Assembly (NCBI GenBank): GCA_965112635.1
Contig: OZ218778.1
Span: 2,208,001-2,272,000 of the forward strand
DNA: 64,000 bases
Origin: an uncultured bacterium
GTDB taxonomy: Bacteria; Oederibacteriota; Oederibacteriia; Oederibacteriales; Oederibacteriaceae
Direction: 5' to 3'
A model generated the notes under the pieces. It was given only the letters and a program-made list of their open reading frames with translations, had not been told where the DNA came from and did no database searches. Of this stretch, positions 40,968-52,306 are shown one piece after another. Position 1 is the stretch's first letter. Every line of letters starts with the position of its first letter. Made by a program: the position numbers and the translations under genes.

Positions 40968-41696
40968 ATGAGTATTAAGAAAAGTCAAAACGCGACCCTG
41001 CCAACCCCGGAAACGCATTATCAAGGGAACACCCTGAGGGACGTGATCCTGGGAGGCCAGGACGGACTGGTCAATGTCCTGGGTGTCATCTTCGGGGCTT
41101 CCGCCGCTACCTCGGACCCCAAGATCATCATCGGGGTGAGCCTGGCCGCTACTTTTGCCGAAACCCTGTCCATGACCGCCGTGGCCTATACTTCCTTTAA
41201 ATCCGAGAAAGAACATTACGAGAGCGAACTAGCCAGGGAAAAATGGGAAATAGAAGAGCTCCCGGAAAGGGAGACCGAAGAGATCAGGGAGATCTACCAG
41301 AAAAAGGGTTTTAAAGGCGACCTGCTGAACAGGATCGTCAAGAAGATCGTTTCCGATAAGCAGATCTGGCTGGACATCATGATGAGCGAGGAGCTCGGGT
41401 TTGCCGCGCCGATGCCCTGGTCGGCTGTTTACAAAACAACGGCAGTGGTGGGGATATCCACCCTGCTGGGTTCTCTTGTCCCGCTTTTTCCCTATTTTAT
41501 TTTTCCCCAAGACCTGCGACTTGTTGCTTCCGTTCTAGTCTCCGCCCTGGTTTTGTTCGGGATAGGGTTTTATAAGGCCAAGGTCATGGCCGGCAAATAT
41601 TGGCGAAGCGCTTTGGAGATGATGTTCATCGGCCTCATCGCGGCCGTGGCCGGCTACGCGGTCAGCCTTTTGTTCACCAGGGGCTATACGTCTTAG
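40968..41696 (+). CDS. VIT1/CCC1-family Fe/Mn transporter
   Basis: LRDVILGGQDGLV, E..EIREIY..KG, MMSEELG. Confidence 0.93.
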   Translation: MSIKKSQNATLPTPETHYQGNTLRDVILGGQDGLVNVLGVIFGASAATSDPKIIIGVSLAATFAETLSMTAVAYTSFKSEKEHYESELAREKWEIEELPERETEEIREIYQKKGFKGDLLNRIVKKIVSDKQIWLDIMMSEELGFAAPMPWSAVYKTTAVVGISTLLGSLVPLFPYFIFPQDLRLVASVLVSALVLFGIGFYKAKVMAGKYWRSALEMMFIGLIAAVAGYAVSLLFTRGYTS

Positions 41697-41706
41697 GAGG
41701 GGGAAA

Positions 41707-42207
41707 ATGGCCAGTTGCAGTTATTGCGGCACCACGATCCTTTTCGGAGGGATCCGGCAGGATGAATACCTTTTTTGCGGGGCCAAATGCGCCAGGCAGG
41801 GCGCGGCCCTGGTCCACGCCAAGGACATCTCCCTGAACCTGGCCGAAAAAACGGCGCGGGAGATCTTTTTCGGCGATTGCCCCCGCTGCCATGGCAAAGG
41901 GCCGGTGGACCTCCATACTTCCTACGAAGTGCTGTCCTTCCTGTTTATGACCCGCTACAGCAGCCATCCGTCCATCTGCTGCCGCTCCTGTGGGAACAAG
42001 CAAAGGCTCAAGGGATTCCTCTACACCTTTTTCCTGGGCTGGTGGGGTTTTCCCTGGGGGCTCGTGATGACCCCGTGGTATCTCGCCAAGAACCTTTTTG
42101 GGATCATGCACCCTACGGAAACCAATCTGCCCTCGGAAGCTTTGGTCAGGATCGTGCGCGTCAATATCGCGGCCCAGGCTTTGGCGCAGAAGAAAATGCA
42201 GGCCTGA
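41707..42207 (+). CDS. Cys-rich Zn-finger membrane protein (paralog A)
   Basis: CSYC, FCGAKC, CPRC, CCRSC, LGWWGFPWG. Confidence 0.8.
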   Translation: MASCSYCGTTILFGGIRQDEYLFCGAKCARQGAALVHAKDISLNLAEKTAREIFFGDCPRCHGKGPVDLHTSYEVLSFLFMTRYSSHPSICCRSCGNKQRLKGFLYTFFLGWWGFPWGLVMTPWYLAKNLFGIMHPTETNLPSEALVRIVRVNIAAQALAQKKMQA

Positions 42208-42299
42208 CCCCAATGGCACTGGGTCAAGGCCGTTCCCTGGATGAAAAGATTTTTGGTGGTAAACTAAACAAGGTTATTTAACTCAACAAAGGAGGAATC

Positions 42300-42719
42300 A
42301 TGATGAATTTACTGAAACTAAAATTTTTGGGTAAGTTCAAGGATTTTGGACTGTTGGCGATGAGGCTGGGGGTCGGCGGGATGTTCGTGTTTGTGCACGG
42401 CGCACCCAAAGTCATGGGAGGACCGGACCTGTGGGTCAAGATCGGCGGAGCCATGGGGAACCTAGGCGTCAGTTTTGCCCCGACTTTCTGGGGATTCATG
42501 AGCGCCATGGCTGAATTTTGCGGGGCCATCCTGATCGTCCTGGGGTTTATGACACGGCCCGCTGCGGCAATCCTGTGTTTCAATATGATCGTGGCCATGA
42601 CCATGCACTTCGCCATGCACCAGGGCATTGATGTGGCCTCGCACGCCATTGAGGTTTTTTTCGTTTTCGCTTGCCTTTTGTTCACGGGGCCAGGCAAATA
42701 CAGCATCGACCGGGATTAA
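42300..42719 (+). CDS. DoxX-family membrane protein (paralog A)
   Basis: LAMRLGVG.MF..HG.PK, AEF, LGFMTRPAA, GPGKYSID. Confidence 0.93.
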   Translation: MMNLLKLKFLGKFKDFGLLAMRLGVGGMFVFVHGAPKVMGGPDLWVKIGGAMGNLGVSFAPTFWGFMSAMAEFCGAILIVLGFMTRPAAAILCFNMIVAMTMHFAMHQGIDVASHAIEVFFVFACLLFTGPGKYSIDRD

Positions 42720-42743
42720 ACAAGCTCTTCCAAGCGACCTAAA

Positions 42744-43571
42744 ATGGCCAAAGAACTTCCCCTCATCCTGGGGGGACACAGCTTTATCCAGCAATTGGGA
42801 AACGACCCGCCGGCTTCTCCCAAAGAGCAGTGCGAGATTGTGGCAGAATGTTTGGACAGTGGAGTTGTCTGGTTCGACGTGACATACCAGCCCGAGCGCC
42901 TGGCTCTGGGCAGAGCGCTTCACAAATTGGGACGCCACAAAGAAGCGCGCATCATTGCTTGGAATTTTTTCCACGGGTTTGAGGCCGGCGAGGAAGTGGG
43001 CGGGCCGGTTTATTATCAACCCAGTCATCTCCACCTCATGCTCAAGCAACTGCGCACCGACCATATCGACGCCCTCGTGGTCCATCCGCTCAAAGACGCA
43101 AGGCGCAACGAAAGCCAGCTCAAACTGGCCCGGGCCTGGCAAAAACAGGGAGCCGTGGGAACTCTCGGGCTTTGGGGACCGGAACGCAATGTCGATAAGC
43201 TTTATACTTTGGGTAATCCTTATGCTTTTATGGTCAAACCTTACAATGTCACGACCAAGGATTCGCCGGTTATATTCGAAAAGTGCAGGATGCTGGCCTG
43301 GTTGAACTTTGCCTGTTCTCCTTTTGTGCGCGGCTGGGAACTGGACAGCCTTGTGAAAAGGGCGATGAAAAAGGACAAGGCCGGCGAAAAAGAAATCCGG
43401 CAAAAAATCGCCGACCACATGCTGAGATACTCGCTGTTCCAGCCCTATGTGGACAAGCTCATCGTGGCCATGCGCAAAAAGCAATGGATCAAGAAGAACA
43501 TCCAAAGTTATTGGAAGGGCAAGCTCGCCTCACCGGAAAACCGCTGGCTGATGGGCCTGGTCGGCCGATAA
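42744..43571 (+). CDS. Divergent aldo/keto-reductase-like protein
   Basis: LILGG, G..WFDVTY..ER.ALG.AL, LKQLRTDHID.L.VH. Confidence 0.7.
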   Translation: MAKELPLILGGHSFIQQLGNDPPASPKEQCEIVAECLDSGVVWFDVTYQPERLALGRALHKLGRHKEARIIAWNFFHGFEAGEEVGGPVYYQPSHLHLMLKQLRTDHIDALVVHPLKDARRNESQLKLARAWQKQGAVGTLGLWGPERNVDKLYTLGNPYAFMVKPYNVTTKDSPVIFEKCRMLAWLNFACSPFVRGWELDSLVKRAMKKDKAGEKEIRQKIADHMLRYSLFQPYVDKLIVAMRKKQWIKKNIQSYWKGKLASPENRWLMGLVGR

Positions 43572-43585
43572 AAAGGGGGAATATT

Positions 43586-44638
43586 GTGATAAGACCGCTC
43601 TTAATTTTCGTGCCTTTGCTAATGGTTGCCTTTGCCAGCGTGGCGCAAGCTGGAGGTGGCCGGTCCAATCTGCGGGATTACGCCCAAAAAAGGAATTTTC
43701 TGATCGGAACCTGCGTGGACATGAGAGCCTTTTACAAGGACGCCGCCTACACTGCCATTTTAGCCCGGGAATTCAACGCTCTGGTGGCCGAGAATGCTTT
43801 TAAACAAAAAGCCGTCTGGACGGGGCCACATACTTACAATTTCAAGGATACGGATGCCTTGGTTGATTTTGCCCAAAAGCACAAGATGAAGATAAGGGGG
43901 CATTGCCTGGTCTGGCATCACGAAGTGCCCCAGTGGCTCAAGGAAGGCCATTATTCGGGTAAAGAGGTCAACGACCTGCTCAAGGATTACATCACGGCCT
44001 TTGTTTCCCGCTACAAGGGCAAAGTGGACCAGTGGGACGTGGTCAATGAGGCTATTGACGATAAAACTTTCGGGCTGAGGCTGGACTCTTTTTGGTTCCA
44101 AAAACTCGGTCCGGAATATCTCAGCCTCGCTTTCCAGTGGGCGCATAAGGCCGACCCCAAGGCCAAGCTCTACTATAACGAGTACAGTGCCGAAGATATG
44201 GGAAAAAAATCCGAGACTGTTTACGGATTGCTGGCGGACCTCATGAAAAATAAGATCCCGGTCTCAGGAGTGGGTTGGCAGTGCCATATACTGGAGCAAG
44301 GCTGGCGCACCAGCGAAGATATGACTAAAAATGCCAAGAGGCTGGGGAAACTGGGACTGGAAATCATGGTCACGGAATTGGATGTGTCTATCAAGCTTCC
44401 CACCACCAAGGAGAAATTACTGGAACAGGCCCAGTGCTACAGGGATATGATGGATTTTTGCCTTAAAACGCCCCAGGTCAAAGGCCTGCTGATGTGGGGG
44501 TTCACCGACGCCCATTCCTGGATACCAAGTTTTCAACCCGGCAAGGGAGACGCGCTCATTTTCGACAAGGATTACCAGCCCAAGCCTGCCTACCAGGCCA
44601 TGCTGGAAGAACTAGCCAAGGGGAAGAACAAAAAATAA
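43586..44638 (+). CDS. Secreted endo-1,4-beta-xylanase, GH10
   Basis: ENAFK, RGHCLVWH, WDVVNE (acid/base), YYNEY, VTELD (nucleophile), WGFTD..SW; signal peptide from the GTG at 43586. Confidence 0.95.
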   Translation: MIRPLLIFVPLLMVAFASVAQAGGGRSNLRDYAQKRNFLIGTCVDMRAFYKDAAYTAILAREFNALVAENAFKQKAVWTGPHTYNFKDTDALVDFAQKHKMKIRGHCLVWHHEVPQWLKEGHYSGKEVNDLLKDYITAFVSRYKGKVDQWDVVNEAIDDKTFGLRLDSFWFQKLGPEYLSLAFQWAHKADPKAKLYYNEYSAEDMGKKSETVYGLLADLMKNKIPVSGVGWQCHILEQGWRTSEDMTKNAKRLGKLGLEIMVTELDVSIKLPTTKEKLLEQAQCYRDMMDFCLKTPQVKGLLMWGFTDAHSWIPSFQPGKGDALIFDKDYQPKPAYQAMLEELAKGKNKK

Positions 44639-44655
44639 GAAGGAGGGAAACGGAC

Positions 44656-45156
44656 ATGGCTGTATGCAGTTACTGCGGAACAACGATACTTTTCGGCGGG
44701 ATACGCAAAGATGAATATACATTCTGCAGCGCCAAATGCGCCAAGAACGGCGCTCCTCTGGTCCTGGCTAAGGATGTGCCGCTGGCCGTAGCGGAAAAGA
44801 CCGCGAGGGAGATCTTCTTTGGCACCTGCCCCAGATGCCACGGGAACGGGCCCGTGGATGTCCACAACTCCTACGAGGTATCCTCGTTCATTTTTGTCAC
44901 GAACTCCAAAAGCACTCCGCATGTGTGCTGCCGTTCCTGCGGGAATAAATTCCGTATCAAAGGGCTCATTTATTCTCTGTTCCTGGGCTGGTGGGGAGTG
45001 CCCTGGGGAGTGGTCATGACACCCCTCCAGATCGTGAGGAACCTGACCGGACTCCTGCACCCGGCGGACAACAACACTCCGTCCGCGGACCTCATCCGGA
45101 TAGTCCGCATCGGTTTAGCGTCCCAATCTCTGGCGGACACAAAAAAACCTTCCTAG
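44656..45156 (+). CDS. Cys-rich Zn-finger membrane protein (paralog B)
   Basis: Collinear with 41707-42207; AGGAGG RBS before the ATG at 44656. Confidence 0.8.
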   Translation: MAVCSYCGTTILFGGIRKDEYTFCSAKCAKNGAPLVLAKDVPLAVAEKTAREIFFGTCPRCHGNGPVDVHNSYEVSSFIFVTNSKSTPHVCCRSCGNKFRIKGLIYSLFLGWWGVPWGVVMTPLQIVRNLTGLLHPADNNTPSADLIRIVRIGLASQSLADTKKPS

Positions 45157-45162
45157 TCCTAA

Positions 45163-45756
45163 TTACTCATAGTGATGGGTTGTTTTGGTCCAGGCATAAC
45201 CCAGGCCGAGGCGGAATTCAACGGTAAAAGAATTAACACCTCCTGGGAATGAGTAGTTGGACTGGATATTTTGATTGCCGGCTGAAATCATGAGCAGGTC
45301 AATGCTCCATTGATGGTCAAATATCCATTGATATCCTAATCCTGACGCGAAAGCTGAAATGGTGTCATTTTTTGTCCCTAAATTATCCGCATGAATATTA
45401 ATATCCTGGTAAAGATAACAAAGTAAGAGATAAAACCCATTGGGGGCGTTTTGATAGGTATACATTTTGAAGCCCCCGGTGATCCCGTCAGAAGTTAAAC
45501 CGCATCTATCAGCGCTGGCATTCCAATAATTCCCTTTGACCATGAAAGAAAAATAATTATTAAAATACTTTTCGTACTGGAGGTCCAAGATGGGATAGAT
45601 GGTCTCTGTAGAGTTAAAAGGAGTGTCGAATGTTTTGGGCACGAAATTCAACGTAGCGATCTGGTCCTCATGGACCTGTTCCACCCAATCAGCACAGGAG
45701 CAGGAAGCTGAATAAAGCAAGGCAACAAAGGTGATAATGGAAAAAAATATTTTCAT
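45163..45756 (-). CDS. Small outer-membrane beta-barrel-like protein
   Basis: Signal peptide, GLGYQWIF, FRLGLGYAW; ATGA overlap with the upstream gene. Confidence 0.65.
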   Translation of the reverse strand: MKIFFSIITFVALLYSASCSCADWVEQVHEDQIATLNFVPKTFDTPFNSTETIYPILDLQYEKYFNNYFSFMVKGNYWNASADRCGLTSDGITGGFKMYTYQNAPNGFYLLLCYLYQDINIHADNLGTKNDTISAFASGLGYQWIFDHQWSIDLLMISAGNQNIQSNYSFPGGVNSFTVEFRLGLGYAWTKTTHHYE

Positions 45757-46889
45757 TTTTTGAGGTCTTTGGCCGAAGGGTAGGGACGGCAATCAGGATA
45801 GGAGGACGGGTTAAGATAGGTCTTAAAGGTAATAGCCCAGAGGCCTCCTAGAACAAATGCTACAAGACCACTGCTGGCGTCTTGATGGTTTTTGCCCATG
45901 ACCGCGTATATCCCATAACTAAGCCCAAGCCCGATAGCAAAATAGGGACCAAGATCATAGGCATTTTTTTCTCTCATCCACTGGCATTCTTCACGGGTAT
46001 GGTATTCCTTACCTAGTTCCAGGGATGGCTGCTTGTTGGGGGAGACGTTAGCCTGGTTCTGCTGGGCTGGCTCACTGCCTCCTGTAAATTCTGCGGGTGG
46101 CTTGGAGCAGTCAGGCGCGTAGGTAGATGCCCACCATCCACCCAAAAACTCGCCGATGGTCCCGCCCAGGAGAGCAGTGATGAGGGGTGTAAAATTATAT
46201 TCATCAGGAGCGCTTTTGGGGGAAGCATAATAACCAATAGCTCCTCCCAGGAGCATTCCTCCGATCAGGCCGAGCATGGTACCTCCGAAGATGATATTTT
46301 GTCGGGTATTCAGGCAATCTTTATAACTGGTGAAACGTGGGCCGCTCACAGTTTTAGGGTTTTCAAAATCGTTAGGATGGGCAGCCTTTTCTTTTTGATA
46401 TAGTTCCTCGGTTGTGGGCAAACAATCGCAGGTTGGAATTTTTGAAGGATAGAGCCATTGGGAGATAAAGTAACCGCTGACGCCGCCAACCAGCATGGCG
46501 ACCTGAGGTGTCCAGTTGAAATTAGCACTTTCCGAAAGGGAATCGGAGCTGTTGGCTGGGGATAAAAATACCCCTCCGAGACCGCCCAGCGTCGCACCGA
46601 TACCAACTCCCAGCAGCGTTTCATATCCTGTATCATTGGCGACTAGATATACCCTTTCTTTCTCACATTCCTCTCGTGTTTTAAAACCGCTCCAGTAAGC
46701 CAGAGCGTCCTTTTTTACATCACCAGGATTTTTGGGATTAATGTTCAAGTTATGATCAGCAAAAGCATAAAAATTAAGGTCATGGGAGCTGTTGGCATAA
46801 ACCAAGCCAGGTAAAATGAGGGTACCAATAATAGTGAAAATTAAAAAAATGGATAGTGGTTTTTGGAGGTTTTTAAATACGTAAATCAT
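45753..46889 (-). CDS. Exported membrane protein with three Cys-flanked glycine-zipper hairpin repeats
   Basis: Signal peptide ending LVYA; GxxxG-rich hairpins each preceded by T(R/S)xxxC and followed by PxC. The start is re-assigned because the longer ORF runs antisense to DoxX. Confidence 0.65.
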   Translation of the reverse strand: MIYVFKNLQKPLSIFLIFTIIGTLILPGLVYANSSHDLNFYAFADHNLNINPKNPGDVKKDALAYWSGFKTREECEKERVYLVANDTGYETLLGVGIGATLGGLGGVFLSPANSSDSLSESANFNWTPQVAMLVGGVSGYFISQWLYPSKIPTCDCLPTTEELYQKEKAAHPNDFENPKTVSGPRFTSYKDCLNTRQNIIFGGTMLGLIGGMLLGGAIGYYASPKSAPDEYNFTPLITALLGGTIGEFLGGWWASTYAPDCSKPPAEFTGGSEPAQQNQANVSPNKQPSLELGKEYHTREECQWMREKNAYDLGPYFAIGLGLSYGIYAVMGKNHQDASSGLVAFVLGGLWAITFKTYLNPSSYPDCRPYPSAKDLKK

Positions 46890-47052
46890 AAAAATGATGA
46901 TACCCTCAACTGGGAAAAAAGCAAAACTGTAGCGGATAGGAAAAAGTGGATTAGGCACAATTTTACGGTTTTTATTATGACCTTTGGCATGGTCTGCTTT
47001 TGGATTAGTGCTAAAATAATCATAAAATAATTCGAATAGGGGAGGGAAAAGC

Positions 47053-47472
47053 ATGATGAATTTGATAAAACTGAAATTTTTAGGGAAGTTCAAAGACCTG
47101 GGGCTGCTGATAACGCGCCTGGGAGTCGGCATCATGTTCGTTTTTGTCCATGGCGGCCCAAAAATGATGGCCGGGCCCGACATGTGGGTGAAATTGGGCG
47201 GAGCCATGGGGAACCTCGGCGTCACCTTTGCGCCGACCTTCTGGGGATTTATGAGCGCGTTCGCGGAGTTCGGCGGAGGCATCCTGCTGATACTCGGGTT
47301 TATGACCCGTCCGGCTTGCGCCCTGCTTTGCTTTAACATGGTCGTGGCCATGATGATGCACTACGCCATGCACGATACCATGGCCACTGCTTCGCATGCC
47401 ATTGAGGTGTTTTTTGTTTTTGCCGGCCTTTTGTTCGTCGGCCCGGGCAAATACAGCATTGATAAAGAATAA
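47053..47472 (+). CDS. DoxX-family membrane protein (paralog B)
   Basis: Same length (139 aa) and highly similar to 42300-42719. Confidence 0.93.
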   Translation: MMNLIKLKFLGKFKDLGLLITRLGVGIMFVFVHGGPKMMAGPDMWVKLGGAMGNLGVTFAPTFWGFMSAFAEFGGGILLILGFMTRPACALLCFNMVVAMMMHYAMHDTMATASHAIEVFFVFAGLLFVGPGKYSIDKE

Positions 47473-47486
47473 ATCAGAACGGAATT

Positions 47487-47516
47487 TGTAGGGGCGTATT
47501 GCAATACGCCCCTACA
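47487..47516. terminator. Perfect 30-bp GTAG-type REP-like palindrome between convergent genes; likely bidirectional terminator
   Basis: TGTAGGGGCGTATTGCAATACGCCCCTACA. Confidence 0.75.
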
Positions 47517-47524
47517 TTTACTTT

Positions 47525-49849
47525 TTAGCTGACCGTTACCTTGGAAAAGAAAACAGTTCTTTCAGGAACAAATTTTATTTTACCGACCGCATTGACCCTA
47601 CCCTTTAGGCGAATGTCCGCCGAGGAACTGCCCACCATGACTTTGAAATACCCTGGCTCCACCACCAGTTCCATATTCCTATCCAAAAATGCCATCTGCT
47701 CTAGCGCTAATTCAAAAGTCACTTTTTTCTTCTGTCCCGCTTTGAGATGGATACGTTGGAAACCTTTTAATTCCATATTGGGCCGGGCGAGAGAGGACGC
47801 TTCGTCGGTCAGATATAGCTGGACTACTTCGTCTCCTGCGACCTTGCCCGTATTTTTGAGCGTGAAACTGATCTTGACCACGCCCGAAGTCTGCACAGAC
47901 CGCGGAGTGATGGCCAGACCGCTGTATTCAAATTTGGTGTAGGACAGACCATGGCCAAAAGGGAAGAGAGGCTTCATGTCCATACTGATGTAATCCCCGA
48001 ACGAGGAAGACTTGCGGTTGTAGTTGATGGGGATCTGGCCCGCGTCCTTAGGAAAAGTGTGGGCTAGTTTGCCACCCGGGTTGTAGTCCCCGAAAATGGT
48101 GTCCGCCACGGCGTTGCCGCCCTCCTCGCCAGGATACCAGCACTCCAGGACCGCGTTGACCTTGTCGCGGAGGTATAAAGAGCCGATGGGACGGCCGTTG
48201 GTGAGCACACAGATGACGGGTTTGCCGGTGTCGACCAAAGCTTTGAGCAGGTCCTCCTGCGCGCCCATGAGACGGATGTTCTCGCGGTCGCAGCCTTCGC
48301 CGGATAAACCTTTGAAAAAGATACCGGAATAGTCTCCGATACAAGCTATCACGGCGTCGGCCTGGCGGGCCACCACCGCGGCCTGGGCCAATCCGCTCCG
48401 ATCCATGTCTTTACCGCCCTCGAACATATTGGCTGGAGTTTCAGGCCCGACGGCGGTCGTGACATTGTGCTTGCAGCCCTGGGCATAGAGCACCTGGACC
48501 TTTTTACCGCACTTATTCTTGATGCCTTCGAGGATGGAGACCATGCGGATAGAATCTTTTGGTGCGTTCCAGTGGGCCGTAATGTGGTAATCGCCGAAGA
48601 GGCAGCGGGTGGTATCAGCATTGGGGCCGACCACGGCGAGTTTCTTTATTTTTTTCATATCGAGGGGCAGGACGCCGTCGTTCTTTAAAAGGACAAAGGT
48701 CTTGCTGGCCAGCTCGCGGGCGAATTTGCGGTCCCAGGGAGTGTCAAAATTTTTGGCTGATTTTTTTTCATTTACGAAGGGGTTGTCAAAAAGGCCCAGC
48801 AAGTATTTCACCTTTAACATCCTGGAAACCGAGAGGTTGATGGTCTCGATGGAGATGAGCCCTTCTTTAAAGGCCTGCTTGAGAGGCTTGCCGTAGCAAT
48901 ACCGTTCGGGAAGCTCGATGTCCAAACCGGCCTCGAGGGCGGCCACAGCCGCTTCTTTAAGCGAACCCAGGGCTTTGTGGTGAGTATGCAACATAGGGAT
49001 GGCCATGTAATCCGAAACGATGATCCCTTTGAAACCCCATCGCTCGCGAAGGATTTCGGTCAAAAGCTCCCGGGAGGACGCACAGGGTATGCCGTCCACT
49101 TCGTGGTAGGCGTTCATCAGAGAATAGGTCTCGGCGAACCTGACCGCGACCTCAAAGGGAAATAGAAATTGTTCGTGGAATTCGCGCGGGGTCAGATGGG
49201 CTGGAGCAAGGTTCCTGCCGCCTTCAGACCAGCCGTGGCCGGCGAAATGTTTGACGGTGGCAATGACGCCTGACCGCAAGTCCTTGCCCTGCAGGCCCAT
49301 AATATAAGCTGCGCCCATAGCCGCGACCAGGTAGTGATCTTCGCTGAAAGTCTCCTCAGTGCGTCCCCATCGTGCATCGCGTTGGACATCGAGGACAGGG
49401 GCCAAACCCTGGTGGCCACCCATACCGCGGATTTGCCTCTTGATGATGCTGGTCATTTTTTCAATGGTGTCCGGGTCAAAGGTGCAGCCTAAGCCGATGG
49501 CCTGGGGAAACACCGAGGAACCGTAGCCCAGTGGGCCGGCCAGGCACTCCTCGTGGACCATAGCGGGAATCTTTAAGCGGGTCTTGGTCAGCAGGAATCT
49601 CTGGGCCTCATTGTTCACGCGCGCGGAGATCTTGTAGGCGTCCATATGTTCCGGACCAAAGGAACCGAAGGTCCTGGTCAGCTGGCCGATGCCGTGTTTC
49701 ATATATTTCATGGCCAACTTATTGGAGAACTTTCCTTTTTTATCCCGGATGTAGTCCGCCCTCGCCGAAGTGAGCTGGCTGATCTTTTCATCCAGGGACA
49801 TGCTTCCGAGCAGATCTTTGACCTTCTGGTCGATCAATACTTCTGACAT
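47525..49849 (-). CDS. GH3 beta-glucosidase/beta-xylosidase
   Basis: HEECLAG, DARWGRTEETFSED, KHFAGHG, IVSDY nucleophile, LFPFGHGLSYT, Fn3-like tail; GGAGG RBS before the ATG at 49849. Confidence 0.95.
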   Translation of the reverse strand: MSEVLIDQKVKDLLGSMSLDEKISQLTSARADYIRDKKGKFSNKLAMKYMKHGIGQLTRTFGSFGPEHMDAYKISARVNNEAQRFLLTKTRLKIPAMVHEECLAGPLGYGSSVFPQAIGLGCTFDPDTIEKMTSIIKRQIRGMGGHQGLAPVLDVQRDARWGRTEETFSEDHYLVAAMGAAYIMGLQGKDLRSGVIATVKHFAGHGWSEGGRNLAPAHLTPREFHEQFLFPFEVAVRFAETYSLMNAYHEVDGIPCASSRELLTEILRERWGFKGIIVSDYMAIPMLHTHHKALGSLKEAAVAALEAGLDIELPERYCYGKPLKQAFKEGLISIETINLSVSRMLKVKYLLGLFDNPFVNEKKSAKNFDTPWDRKFARELASKTFVLLKNDGVLPLDMKKIKKLAVVGPNADTTRCLFGDYHITAHWNAPKDSIRMVSILEGIKNKCGKKVQVLYAQGCKHNVTTAVGPETPANMFEGGKDMDRSGLAQAAVVARQADAVIACIGDYSGIFFKGLSGEGCDRENIRLMGAQEDLLKALVDTGKPVICVLTNGRPIGSLYLRDKVNAVLECWYPGEEGGNAVADTIFGDYNPGGKLAHTFPKDAGQIPINYNRKSSSFGDYISMDMKPLFPFGHGLSYTKFEYSGLAITPRSVQTSGVVKISFTLKNTGKVAGDEVVQLYLTDEASSLARPNMELKGFQRIHLKAGQKKKVTFELALEQMAFLDRNMELVVEPGYFKVMVGSSSADIRLKGRVNAVGKIKFVPERTVFFSKVTVS

Positions 49850-49873
49850 TATTACCTCCATTTTCAAACTTTA

Positions 49874-51652
<1,779 letters not shown>

Positions 51653-51689
51653 TCATAACGCGGCTCTTTGGGGCGATCGGAAGGGTGAA

Positions 51690-52280
51690 GTGGAAAAGAA
51701 AACCTTGACCATACCAAACTTTATCACCATCATCAGAGTCCTGTTCATTCCCGTGAACCTCGTTTATCTGATCGAGGAAAATTATAAACTCGCTTTGATC
51801 TGTTTCTTGGTCGCTGCGTTTTCAGATTTTTTAGACGGTTTTTTGGCCAGGGCCTTGGACCAGAAGTCAAGCCTGGGGGGCTTTTTGGACCCCATGGCGG
51901 ACAAGCTTTTGGTTTCTGCGAATTTGGTGACTCTACTTTTTTATAAATTGGTGCCGGCCTGGTATGTTGTTTTTGTGTTCAGCCGGGACCTGTTCATTTT
52001 AATAGGTTTTGTGCTTTCATATATTTTTTATGGCACCGTTTATATTCTGCCCTCCATCCTTGGAAAAATCACTGTTTTTTGCCAGATGATTTCGATCCTT
52101 GCAATTTTATTGAACGCCTCGGGATTATTAGTTGTAACCCAAAGCTGGATGGCGGGCACAATCATCGTGGCTTTTGTGTTGACGATCATTTCAGGGCTGG
52201 ATTATCTATTTAGGTGGCTTATTCACCATAATAAGTCTACGCCGGAAATTACCACTGATATTCGAAAACTAAAAAAATAA
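51690..52280 (+). CDS. CDP-alcohol phosphatidyltransferase (PgsA/cardiolipin-synthase-like)
   Basis: TIPNFITIIR, SDFLDGFLAR...LGGFLDPMADK. Confidence 0.92.
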   Translation: MEKKTLTIPNFITIIRVLFIPVNLVYLIEENYKLALICFLVAAFSDFLDGFLARALDQKSSLGGFLDPMADKLLVSANLVTLLFYKLVPAWYVVFVFSRDLFILIGFVLSYIFYGTVYILPSILGKITVFCQMISILAILLNASGLLVVTQSWMAGTIIVAFVLTIISGLDYLFRWLIHHNKSTPEITTDIRKLKK

Positions 52281-52306
52281 TTTAAAAATAATAAATTGGC
52301 GGACTA

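Noticed and set aside
46890-47351. N-terminal extension of the 532-aa ORF
   Set aside because: It is the antisense of DoxX paralog B; the credible start is at 46889.
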